Assembly: GCA_002189035.1 (NCBI GenBank)
Contig: NEEC01000112.1
Coordinates: forward strand, 11,495-75,494
Direction of reading: 5' to 3'
DNA length: 64,000 nt
DNA from: Utricularia gibba
Lineage: Eukaryota > Plantae > Magnoliophyta
The notes under the pieces were generated by a model. The model was not told where the DNA came from. It saw only the letters and a list, made by a program, of their open reading frames with translations, and ran no database searches. Each line of letters begins with the position of its first letter. Position 1 is the first letter of the stretch. Positions 28,401-40,434 of this stretch are shown in pieces. The translations under genes were made by a program, and so were the position numbers.

Positions 28401-31400
28401 TTTTGCCGGGCTACAGCTGACTTTGGGCTCAAGCCCGACCCGAATCCGGCCCGATCTCGGTGACCCACAAAAGCGCCTTGTCAAGTAAAGCATGCTGTTG
28501 AAAAAACCATTTGGGGTGGTCATGAGATCCTAACTTCAATAAAGGCATCACGATTTTCGTCGAATGGGATCGGATTGTGCTGTGAAGTCAGACCGAACCT
28601 TGGGTCCGGACGAAGTTCCCAACAACAGCACCCGCAAAAAAACGACAACTTTTCCTCAAAAAGCATGTAGGCAGCCGCCGAAAACCCAACGTTAATAAAT
28701 GCATCACTTTTTTGGCCGGGCTACAAATGACTATGGGCCAGAGCGCGACTCGACCATTTGCTCGATACTAGTGCCAGCCTAGAGCGCCTCCTCAAATATA
28801 AATCAGGTTGTTGAGAAAACCATTTGGGGTGCTCATGACATCCTAACTTAAAAAAATGCATCACGATTTCATCGAGTAGCACCCGATTGGGCTTAGTAGC
28901 CAGACCGAATCTCGGGCCCTGACAAAGCTCCCAACTACAGCACCCACCTTAAAACGGCAAGCTGTTGCTTGAAAAACCATTTAGGCAGCCGCCGAAAACC
29001 CACGTTGATAAATGCATCACTTATTTTCCGGGCTACAACTGACTATGGCCTGAGCCCGACCCGACCTCTGGCCCAATCCCGAAACCCTCCGAGCGCCTTC
29101 TCAAATATATAGCAGAGTGTTGAGAAAACCCATTGGGGTTCTCATGACATCCTAACTACATCAAATGCGTTACGATTTTCGTCGAGTGCGACCCGATTTG
29201 GGCTTAGTAGCCAGACCGAATCTCGGGCCGGACAAAGCTCCCAACGACAGCACCCGCCTTTAAATGGCAAGCTGTTGCTTGAAAAACCATGTGGGCAGCC
29301 GCCGACAACCCAACGTTAATAAATGCATCACTTCTTTTGCCGGGCTACAGCTGACTTTGGGCTCAAGCCCGACCCGAATCCGGCCCGATCTCGGTGACCC
29401 ACAAAAGCGCCTTGTCAAGTGTAAAGCATGCTGTTGAAAAAACCATTTGGGTGGTCATGAGATCCTAACTTCAATAAAGGCATCACGATTTCGTCGAATG
29501 GATCGGATTGTGCTGTGAAGTCAGACCGAACCTTGGGTCCGGACGAAGTTCCCAACAACAGCACCCGCAAAAAAACGACAACTTTTCCTCGAAAAAAGCA
29601 TGTAGGCAGCCGCCGAAAACCCAACGTTAATAAATGCATCACTTTTTTGGCCGGGCTACAAATGACTATGGGCCAGAGCGCGACTCGACCATTTGCTCGA
29701 TACTAGTGCCAGCCTAGAGCGCCTCCTCAAATATAAATCAGGTTGTTGAGAAAACCATTTGGGGTGCTCATGACATCCTAACTTCAAAAAATGCATCACG
29801 ATTTTCATCGAGTAGCACCCGATTGGGCTCAGGAGCCAGACCGAACCTTGGGCCCTTACAAAGCTGCCAACGACAGCACCCGCCTTAAAATGGCAAGCTA
29901 TTGCTTGAAAAACCATTCAGGCAGCCGCCGAAAACCCAACGTTGATAAATGCATCACTTATTTTCCGGGCTACAACTGACTATGGGCCATAGCCCGACCC
30001 GACCTCTGGCCCAATCCCGAAACCCCCAAGAGCGCCTTCTGAAATATAAAGTAGAGTGTTGAGAAAACCCATTGGGGTTCTCATGACATCCTAACTAAAG
30101 CAAATGCATTACGATTTCGTCGAGTACGACCCGATTGGGCTTAGTAGCCAGACCGAATCTCGGGCCCTGACAAAGCTCCCAACTACAGCACCCACCTTAA
30201 AACGGCAAGCTGTTGCTTGAAAAACCATTTAGGCAGCCGCCGAAAACCCATCGTTGATAAATGCATCACTTATTTTCCGGGCTACAACTGACTATTGGCC
30301 TGAGCCCGACCCGACCTCTGGCCCAATCCCGAAACCCTCCGAGGGCGCCTTCTCAAATATATAGCAGAGTGTTGAGAAAACCCATTGGGGTTCTCATGAC
30401 ATCCTAACTACATCAAATGCGTTACGATTTTCGTCGAGTGCGACCCGATTGGGCTTAGTAGCCAGACCGAATCTCGGGCCGGACAAAGCTCCCAACGACA
30501 GCACCCGCCTTTAAATGGCAAGCTGTTGCTTGAAAAACCATGTGGGCAGCCGCCGACAACCCAACGTTAATAAATGCATCACTTCTTTTGCCGGGCTACA
30601 GCTGACTATGGGCTCAAGCCCGACCCGAATCCGGCCCGATCTCGGTGACCCACAAAAGCGCCTTGTCAAGTGTAAAGCATGCTGTTGAAAAAACCATTTG
30701 GGGTGGTCATGAGATCCTAACTTCAATAAAGGTGTCACGATTTTCGTCGAATGGGATCGGATTGTGCTGTGAAGTCAGACCGAACCTTGGGTCCGGACGA
30801 AGTTCCCAACAACAGCACCCGCAAAAAACGACAACTTTTCCTCGAAAAAAGCATGTAGGCAGCCGCCGAAAACCCAACGTTAATAAATGCATCACTTTTT
30901 TGGCCGGGCTACAAATGACTATGGGCCAGAGCGCGACTCGACCATTTGCTCGATACTAGTGCCAGCCTAGAGCGCCTCCTCAAATATAAATCAGGTTGTT
31001 GAGAAAACCATTTGGGGTGCTCATGACATCCTAACTTCAAAAATGCATCACGATTTTCATCGAGTAGCACCGATTTCAGGAGCCAGACCGAACCTTGGGC
31101 CCTTACAAAGCTCTTAAAATGGCAAGCTATTGCTTGAAAAACCATTCGTTGATAAATGCATCACTTATTTTCCGGGCTACAACTATTCGAAATGCCTTCA
31201 AACTCATGACATCCTAACTAATGCATTACGATTTCGTCGAGTACGACCCGATTGGGCTTAGTAGCCAGACCGAAACAAAGACAGCACCCGCCTTAAAACG
31301 GCAAGCTGCTTGAAAAACCCAGCCGCCGAAAACCCACGTTGATAAATGCATCACTTATTTTCCGGGCTACAACGGGCCTAGCCCGACCCGACCTCTGGCC

Positions 31401-32061
31401 CAATCCCGAGAGCGCCTTCTGAGAAACCCATTGGGGTTCTCATGACATCCTAACTAAAGCAAATGCATTACGATTTCGTCGAGTACGACCCGATTGGGCT
31501 TAGTAGCCAGACCGAATCTCGGGCCCTGACAAAGCTCCCAACTACAGCACCCACCTTAAAACGGCAAGCTGTTGCTTGAAAAACCATTTAGGCAGCCGCC
31601 GAAAACCCATCGTTGATAAATGCATCACTTATTTTCCGGGCTACAACTGACTATTGGCCTGAGCCCGACCCGACCTCTGGCCCAATCCCGAAACCCTCCG
31701 AGGCGCCTTCTCAAATATATAGCAGAGTGTTGAGAAAACCCATTGGGTTCTCATGACATCCTAACTACATCAAATGCGTTACGATTTTCGTCGAGTGCGA
31801 CCCGATTGGGCTTAGTAGCCAGACCGAATCTCGGGCCGGACAAAGCTCCCAACGACAGCACCCGCCTTTAAATGGCAAGCTGTTGCTTGAAAACCATGTG
31901 GGCAGCCGCCGACAACCCAACGTTAATAAATGCATCACTTCTTTTGCCGGGCTACAGCTGACTTGGGCTCAAGCCCGACCCGAATCCGGCCCGATCTCGG
32001 TGACCCACAAAAGCGCCTTGTCAAGTGTAAAGCATGCTGTTGAAAAAACCATTTGGGGTGG
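25406..32061 (+). repeat. Transition domain with irregular 2-, 3-, 4- and 5-mer units (G-A-B-C-D-A-B-C-C-D-A-F'-D-A-B-C-D-A-B*-C*-C-D)
   Basis: Starts 25406, 25717, 26029, 26342, 26655, 26967, 27280, 27592, 27898, 28210, 28520, 28833, 29142, 29455, 29768, 30081, 30394, 30707, 31021, 31204, 31440, 31751. Confidence 0.8.
31021..31439 (+). other. Two deletion-riddled monomers (B* 183 bp, C* 236 bp); probable consensus or polishing artefact
   Basis: About 207 bp missing relative to 2 x 313 bp, spread over many short gaps, with the retained blocks matching consensus almost exactly. Confidence 0.7.
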
Positions 32062-32372
32062 TCATGAGATCCTAACTTCAATAAAGGCATCACGATTTCG
32101 TCGAATGGGATCGGATTGTGCTGAAGTCAGACCGACCTTGGGTCCGGACGAAGTTCCCAACAACAGCACCCGCAAAAAAACGACAACTTTTCCTCGAAAA
32201 AAGCATGTAGGCAGCCGCCGAAAACCCAACGTTAATAAATGCATCACTTTTTTGGCCGGGCTACAAATGACTATGGGCCAGAGCGCGACTCGACCATTTG
32301 CTCGATACTAGTGCCAGCCTAGAGCGCCTCCTCAAATATAAATCAGGTTGTTGAGAAAACCATTTGGGGTGC

Positions 32373-32685
32373 TCATGACATCCTAACTTCAAAAAATGCA
32401 TCACGATTTTCATCGAGTAGCACCCGATTGGGCTCAGGAGCCAGACCGAACCTTGGGCCCTTACAAAGCTGCCAACGACAGCACCCGCCTTAAAATGGCA
32501 AGCTATTGCTTGAAAAACCATTCAGGCAGCCGCCGAAAACCCAACGTTGATAAATGCATCACTTATTTTCCGGGCTACAACTGACTATGGGCCATAGCCC
32601 GACCCGACCTCTGGCCCAATCCCGAAACCCCCAAGAGCGCCTTCTGAAATATAAAGTAGAGTGTTGAGAAAACCCGTTGGGGTTC
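32373..32685 (+). repeat. Representative monomer class B (313 bp)
   Basis: Head CTAACTTCAAAAAATGCATCACGATTTTCATCGAGTAGCAC, body GCTCAGGAGCC...CATTCAGG, tail GGCCATAGCCC...CTGAAATATAAAGTAGAG. Confidence 0.95.
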
Positions 32686-32998
32686 TCATGACATCCTAAC
32701 TAAAGCAAATGCATTACGATTTCGTCGAGTACGACCCGATTGGGCTTAGTAGCCAGACCGAATCTCGGGCCCTGACAAAGCTCCCAACTACAGCACCCAC
32801 CTTAAAACGGCAAGCTGTTGCTTGAAAAACCATTTAGGCAGCCGCCGAAAACCCATCGTTGATAAATGCATCACTTATTTTCCGGGCTACAACTGACTAT
32901 TGGCCTGAGCCCGACCCGACCTCTGGCCCAATCCCGAAACCCTCCGAGGGCGCCTTCTCAAATATATAGCAGAGTGTTGAGAAAACCCATTGGGGTTC
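32686..32998 (+). repeat. Representative monomer class C (313 bp)
   Basis: Head CTAACTAAAGCAAATGCATTACG, body AACTACAGCACCCACC...CCCATCG, tail ATTGGCCTGAG...CCCTCCGAGGGCGCC...TATATAGCAGAG. Confidence 0.95.
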
Positions 32999-33311
32999 TC
33001 ATGACATCCTAACTACATCAAATGCGTTACGATTTTCGTCGAGTGCGACCCGATTGGGCTTAGTAGCCAGACCGAATCTCGGGCCGGACAAAGCTCCCAA
33101 CGACAGCACCCGACTTTAAATGGCAAGCTATTGCTTGACAAACCATGTGGGCAGCCGCCGACAACCCAACGTTAATAAATGCATCACTTCTTTTGCCGGG
33201 CTACAGCTGACTTTGGGCTCAAGCCCGACCCGAATCCGGCCCGATCTCGGTGACCCACAAAAGCGCCTTGTCAAGTGTAAAGCATGCTGTTGAAAAAACC
33301 ATTTGGGGTGG
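32999..33311 (+). repeat. Representative monomer class D (313 bp)
   Basis: Head CTAACTACATCAAATGCGTTACG, body CATGTGGGCAGCCGCCGACAAC, tail CAGCTGACTTTGGGCTCAAG...GTGACCCACAAAAG...GCATGCTG. Confidence 0.95.
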
Positions 33312-33625
33312 TCATGAGATCCTAACTTCAATAAAGGCATCACGATTTACGTCGAATGGGATCGGATTGTGCTGTGAAGTCAGACCGACCTTGGGTCCGG
33401 ACGAAGTTCCCAACAACAGCACCCGCAAAAAAACGACAACTTTTCCTCGAAAAAAGCATGTAGGCAGCCGCCGAAAACCCAACGTTAATAAATGCATCAC
33501 TTTTTTGGCCGGGCTACAAATGACTATGGGCCAGAGCGCGACTCGACCATTTGCTCGATACTAGTGCCAGCCTAGAGCGCCTCCTCAAATATAAATCAGG
33601 TTGTTGAGAAAACCATTTGGGGTGC
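33312..33625 (+). repeat. Representative monomer class A (314 bp; most divergent head)
   Basis: Head TCATGAGATCCTAACTTCAATAAAGGCATCACG, body GGATTGTGCTGTGAAGTCAG...CGCAAAAAAACGACAAC, tail GAGCGCGACTCGACCATTTGCTCGATACTAGT. Confidence 0.95.
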
Positions 33626-36600
33626 TCATGACATCCTAACTTCAAAAAATGCATCACGATTTTCATCGAGTAGCACCCGATTGGGCTCAGGAGCCAGACC
33701 GAACCTTGGGCCCTTACAAAGCTGCCAACGACAGCACCCGCCTTAAAATGGCAAGCTATTGCTTGAAAAACCATTCAGGCAGCCGCCGAAAACCCAACGT
33801 TGATAAATGCATCACTTATTTTCCGGGCTACAACTGACTATGGGCCATAGCCCGACCCGACCTCTGGCCCAATCCCGAAACCCCCAAGAGCGCCTTCTGA
33901 AATATAAAGTAGAGTGTTGAGAAAACCCGTTGGGGTTCTCATGACATCCTAACTAAAGCAAATGCATTACGATTTCGTCGAGTACGACCCGATTGGGCTT
34001 AGTAGCCAGACCGAATCTCGGGCCCTGACAAAGCTCCCAACTACAGCACCCACCTTAAAACGGCAAGCTGTTGCTTGAAAAACCATTTAGGCAGCCGCCG
34101 AAAACCCATCGTTGATAAATGCATCACTTATTTTCCGGGCTACAACTGACTATTGGCCTGAGCCCGACCCGACCTCTGGCCCAATCCCGAAACCCTCCGA
34201 GGGCGCCTTCTCAAATATATAGCAGAGTGTTGAGAAAACCCATTGGGGTTCTCATGACATCCTAACTACATCAAATGCGTTACGATTTTCGTCGAGTGCG
34301 ACCCGATTGGGCTTAGTAGCCAGACCGAATCTCGGGCCGGACAAAGCTCCCAACGACAGCACCCCCTTTAAATGGCAAGCTGTTGCTTGAAAACCATGTG
34401 GGCAGCCGCCGACAACCCAACGTTAATAAATGCATCACTTCTTTTGCCGGGCTACAGCTGACTTTGGGCTCAAGCCCGACCCGAATCCGGCCCGATCTCG
34501 GTGACCCACAAAAGCGCCTTGTCAAGTGTAAAGCATGCTGTTGAAAAAACCATTTGGGGTGGTCATGAGATCCTAACTTCAATAAAGGCATCACGATTTC
34601 GTCGAATGGGATCGGATTGTGCTGTGAAGTCAGACCGAACCTTGGGTCCGGACGAAGTTCCCAACAACAGCACCCGCAAAAAAACGACAACTTTTCCTCG
34701 AAAAAAGCATGTAGGCAGCCGCCGAAAACCCAACGTTAATAAATGCATCACTTTTTTGGCCGGGCTACAAATGACTATGGGCCAGAGCGCGACTCGACCA
34801 TTTGCTCGATACTAGTGCCAGCCTAGAGCGCCTCCTCAAATATAAATCAGGTTGTTGAGAAAACCATTTGGGGTGCTCATGACATCCTAACTTCAAAAAA
34901 TGCATCACGATTTTCATCGAGTAGCACCCGATTGGGCTCAGGAGCCAGACCGAACCTTGGGCCCTTACAAAGCTGCCAACGACAGCACCCGCCTTAAAAT
35001 GGCAAGCTATTGCTTGAAAAACCATTCAGGCAGCCGCCGAAAACCCAACGTTGATAAATGCATCACTTATTTTCCGGGCTACAACTGACTATGGGCCATA
35101 GCCCGACCCGACCTCTGGCCCAATCCCGAAACCCCCAAGAGCGCCTTCTGAAATATAAAGTAGAGTGTTGAGAAAACCCGTTGGGGTTCTCATGACATCC
35201 TAACTAAAGCAAATGCATTACGATTTCGTCGAGTACGACCCGATTGGGCTTAGTAGCCAGACCGAATCTCGGGCCCTGACAAAGCTCCCAACTACAGCAC
35301 CCACCTTAAAACGGCAAGCTGTTGCTTGAAAAACCATTTAGGCAGCCGCCGAAAACCCATCGTTGATAAATGCATCACTTATTTTCCGGGCTACAACTGA
35401 CTATTGGCCTGAGCCCGACCCGACCTCTGGCCCAATCCCGAAACCCTCCGAGGGCGCCTTCTCAAATATATAGCAGAGTGTTGAGAAAACCCATTGGGGT
35501 TCTCATGACATCCTAACTACATCAAATGCGTTACGATTTTCGTCGAGTGCGACCCGATTGGGCTTAGTAGCCAGACCGAATCTCGGGCCGGACAAAGCTC
35601 CCAACGACAGCACCCGACTTTAAATGGCAAGCTATTGCTTGAAAACCATGTGGGCAGCCGCCGACAACCCAACGTTAATAAATGCATCACTTCTTTTGCC
35701 GGGCTACAGCTGACTTTGGGCTCAAGCCCGACCCGAATCCGGCCCGATCTCGGTGACCCACAAAAGCGCCTTGTCAAGTGTAAAGCATGCTGTTGAAAAA
35801 ACCATTTGGGGTGGTCATGAGATCCTAACTTCAATAAAGGCATCACGATTTTCGTCGAATGGGATCGGATTGTGCTGTGAAGTCAGACCGATCCTTGGGT
35901 CCGGACGAAGTTCCCAACAACAGCACCCGCAAAAAAACGACAACTTTTCCTCGAAAAAAGCATGTAGGCAGCCGCCGAAAACCCAACGTTAATAAATGCA
36001 TCACTTTTTTGGCCGGGCTACAAATGACTATGGGCCAGAGCGCGACTCGACCATTTGCTCGATACTAGTGCCAGCCTAGAGCGCCTCCTCAAATATAAAT
36101 CAGGTTGTTGAGAAAACCATTTGGGGTGCTCATGACATCCTAACTTCAAAAAATGCATCACGATTTTCATCGAGTAGCACCCGATTGGGCTCAGGAGCCA
36201 GACCGAACCTTGGGCCCTTACAAAGCTGCCAACGACAGCACCCGCCTTAAAATGGCAAGCTATTGCTTGAAAAACCATTCAGGCAGCCGCCGAAAACCCA
36301 ACGTTGATAAATGCATCACTTATTTTCCGGGCTACAACTGACTATGGGCCATAGCCCGACCCGACCTCTGGCCCAATCCCGAAACCCCCCAAGAGCGCCT
36401 TCTGAAATATAAAGTAGAGTGTTGAGAAAACCCGTTGGGGTTCTCATGACATCCTAACTAAAGCAAATGCATTACGATTTCGTCGAGTACGACCCGATTG
36501 GGCTTAGTAGCCAGACCGAATCTCGGGCCCTGACAAAGCTCCCAACTACAGCACCCACCTTAAAACGGCAAGCTGTTGCTTGAAAAACCATTTAGGCAGC

Positions 36601-37007
36601 CGCCGAAAACCCATCGTTGATAAATGCATCACTTATTTTCCGGGCTACAACTGACTAAGCCCGAGACCTCTGGCCAACTCCGACGCCTTCTCAGCACCCA
36701 CTCATGACATCCTAACTACATCAAATGCGTTACGATTTTCGTCGAGTGCGACCGATTGGGCTTAGTAGCCAGACCGAATCTCGGGCCGGACAAAGCCCCA
36801 ACGACAGCACCCGCTTTAATGGCAAGCTATTGCTTGACAAACCATGTGGGCAGCCGCCGACAACCAACGTTAATAAATGCATCACTTCTTTTGCCGGGCT
36901 ACAGCTGACTTTGGGCTCAAGCCCGACCCGAATCCGGCCCGATCTCGGTACCCACAAAAGCGCCTTGTCAAGTGTAAAGCATGCTGTTGAAAAACCATTT
37001 GGGGTGG

Positions 37008-37931
37008 TCATGAGATCCTAACTTCAATAAAGGCATCACGATTTACGTCGAATGGGATCGGATTGTGCTGTGAAGTCAGACCGAACCTTGGGTCCGGACG
37101 AAGTTCCCAACAACAGCACCCGCAAAAAAACGACAATTTTTCCTCGAAAAAAGCATGTAGGCAGCCGCCGAAAACCCAACGTTAATAAATGCATCACTTT
37201 TTTGGCCGGGCTACAAATGACTATGGGCCAGAGCGCGACTCGACCATTTGCTCGATACTAGTGCCAGCCTAGAGCGCCTCCTCAAATATAAATCAGGTTG
37301 TTGAGAAAACCATTTGGGGTGCTCATGACACCTAAAACTTCAAAAAATGCATCACGATTTTCATCGAGTAACCCGATTGGGCTTAGCTCGGGCCCTGACA
37401 AAGCTCCAACTACAGCACCCACCTTAAAACGGCAAGCTGTTGCTTGAAAAACCATTTAGGCAGCCGCCGAAAACCCATCGTTGATAAATGCATCACTTAT
37501 TTTCCGGGCTACAACTGACTATTGGCCTGAGCCCGACCCGACCTCTGGCCCAATCCCGAAACCCTCCGAGGGCGCCTTCTCAAATATATAGCAGAGTGTT
37601 GAGAAAACCCATTGGGGTTCTCATGACATCCTAACTACATCAAATGCGTTACGATTTCGTCGAGTGCGACCCGATTGGGCTTAGTAGCCAGACCGAATCT
37701 CGGGCCGGACAAAGCTCCCAACGACAGCACCCGACTTTAAATGGCAAGCTATTGCTTGACAAACCATGTGGGCAGCCGCCGACAACCCAACGTTAATAAA
37801 TGCATCACTTCTTTTGCCGGGCTACAGCTGACTTTGGGCTCAAGCCCGACCCGAATCCGGCCCGATCTCGGTGACCCACAAAAGCGCCTTGTCAAGTGTA
37901 AAGCATGCTGTTGAAAAAACCATTTGGGGTG
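37008..37931 (+). repeat. 3-monomer variant HOR (A-F'-D) inside the homogeneous domain
   Basis: The monomer at 37323 has a B head and C body and tail (298 bp with internal gaps); D follows at 37621. Confidence 0.8.
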
Positions 37932-40434
37932 GTCATGAGATCCTAACTTCAATAAAGGCATCACGATTTTCGTCGAATGGGATCGGATTGTGCTGTGAAG
38001 TCAGACCGATCCTTGGGTCCGGACGAAGTTCCCAACAACAGCACCCGCAAAAAAACGACAACTTTTCCTCGAAAAAAGCATGTAGGCAGCCGCCGAAAAC
38101 CCAACGTTAATAAATGCATCACTTTTTTGGCCGGGCTACAAATGACTATGGCCAGAGCGCGACTCGACCATTTGCTCGATACTAGTGCCAGCCTAGAGCG
38201 CCTCCTCAAATATAAATCAGGTTGTTGAGAAAACCATTTGGGGTGCTCATGACATCCTAACTTCAAAAAATGCATCACGATTTTCATCGAGTAGCACCCG
38301 ATTGGGCTCAGGAGCCAGACCGAACCTTGGGCCCTTACAAAGCTGCCAACGACAGCACCCGCCTTAAAATGGCAAGCTATTGCTTGAAAAACCATTCAGG
38401 CAGCCGCCGAAAACCCAACGTTGATAAATGCATCACTTATTTTCCGGGCTACAACTGACTATGGGCCATAGCCCGACCCGACCTCTGGCCCAATCCCGAA
38501 ACCCCCCAAGAGCGCCTTCTGAAATATAAAGTAGAGTGTTGAGAAAACCCGTTGGGGTTCTCATGACATCCTAACTAAAGCAAATGCATTACGATTTCGT
38601 CGAGTACGACCCGATTGGGCTTAGTAGCCAGACCGAATCTCGGGCCCTGACAAAGCTCCCAACTACAGCCCACCTTAAAACGGCAAGCTGTTGCTTGAAA
38701 AACCATTTAGGCAGCCGCCGAAAACCCATCGTTGATAAATGCATCACTTATTTTCCGGGCTACAACTGACTATTGGCCTGAGCCCGACCCGACCTCTGGC
38801 CCAATCCCGAAACCCTCCGAGGGCGCCTTCTCAAATATATAGCAGAGTGTTGAGAAAACCCATTGGGGTTCTCATGACATCCTAACTACATCAAATGCGT
38901 TACGATTTTCGTCGAGTGCGACCCGATTGGGCTTAGTAGCCAGACCGAATCTCGGGCCGGACAAAGCTCCCAACGACAGCACCCGACTTTAAATGGCAAG
39001 CTATTGCTTGAAAACCATGTGGGCAGCCGCCGACAACCCAACGTTAATAAATGCATCACTTCTTTTGCCGGGCTACAGCTGACTTGGGCTCAAGCCCGAC
39101 CCGAATCCGGCCCGATCTCGGTGACCCACAAAAGCGCCTTGTCAAGTGTAAAGCATGCTGTTGAAAAAACCATTTGGGGTGGTCATGAGATCCTAACTTC
39201 AATAAAGGCATCACGATTTCGTCGAATGGGATCGGATTGTGCTGTGAAGTCAGACCGAACCTTGGGTCCGGACGAAGTTCCCAACAACAGCACCCGCAAA
39301 AAAACGACAACTTTTCCTCGAAAAAAGCATGTAGGCAGCCGCCGAAAACCCAACGTTAATAAATGCATCACTTTTTTGGCCGGGCTACAAATGACTATGG
39401 GCCAGAGCGCGACTCGACCATTTGCTCGATACTAGTGCCAGCCTAGAGCGCCTCCTCAAATATAAATCAGGTTGTTGAGAAAACCATTTGGGGTGCTCAT
39501 GACATCCTAACTTCAAAAAATGCATCACGATTTTCATCGAGTAGCACCCGATTGGGCTCAGGAGCCAGACCGAACCTTGGGCCCTTACAAAGCTGCCAAC
39601 GACAGCACCCGCCTTAAAATGGCAAGCTATTGCTTGAAAAACCATTCAGGCAGCCGCCGAAAACCCAACGTTGATAAATGCATCACTTATTTTCCGGGCT
39701 ACAACTGACTATGGGCCATAGCCCGACCCGACCTCTGGCCCAATCCCGAAACCCCCAAGAGCGCCTTCTGAAATATAAAGTAGAGTGTTGAGAAAACCCG
39801 TTGGGGTTCTCATGACATCCTAACTAAAGCAAATGCATTACGATTCGTCGAGTACGACCCGATTGGGCTTAGTAGCCAGACCGAATCTCGGGCCCTGACA
39901 AAGCTCCCAACTACAGCACCCACCTTAAAACGGCAAGCTGTTGCTTGAAAAACCATTTAGGCAGCCGCCGAAAACCCATCGTTGATAAATGCATCACTTA
40001 TTTTCCGGGCTACAACTGACTATTGGCCTGAGCCCGACCCGACCTCTGGCCCAATCCCGAAACCCTCCGAGGGCGCCTTCTCAAATATATAGCAGAGTGT
40101 TGAGAAAACCCATTGGGGTTCTCATGACATCCTAACTACATCAAATGCGTTACGATTTTCGTCGAGTGCGACCCGATTGGGCTTAGTAGCCAGACCGAAT
40201 CTCGGGCCGGACAAAGCTCCCAACGACAGCACCCGACTTTAAATGGCAAGCTATTGCTTGACAAACCATGTGGGCAGCCGCCGACAACCCAACGTTAATA
40301 AATGCATCACTTCTTTTGCCGGGCTACAGCTGACTTTGGGCTCAAGCCCGACCCGAATCCGGCCCGATCTCGGTGACCCACAAAAGCGCCTTGTCAAGTG
40401 TAAAGCATGCTGTTGAAAAAACCATTTGGGGTGG

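Noticed and set aside
32777-32866. Helically phased A-tracts (intrinsic curvature)
   Set aside because: Observed tract spacings of ~27, 21, 23 and 16 bp are not a consistent 10-11 bp multiple. A curvature or periodicity calculation would be needed.
33589-33595. TATA-like TATAAAT in the A tail and AATAAA in the A head and A/D bodies, as promoter or poly(A) signals
   Set aside because: Short AT motifs are expected by chance in an A-rich strand and there is no gene context. Only transcript-end data could support them.
34598-34612. CENP-B box-like TTCGTCGAATGGGAT in monomer A
   Set aside because: Matches TTCG and the central A but not the CGGG of the NTTCGNNNNANNCGGGN core.
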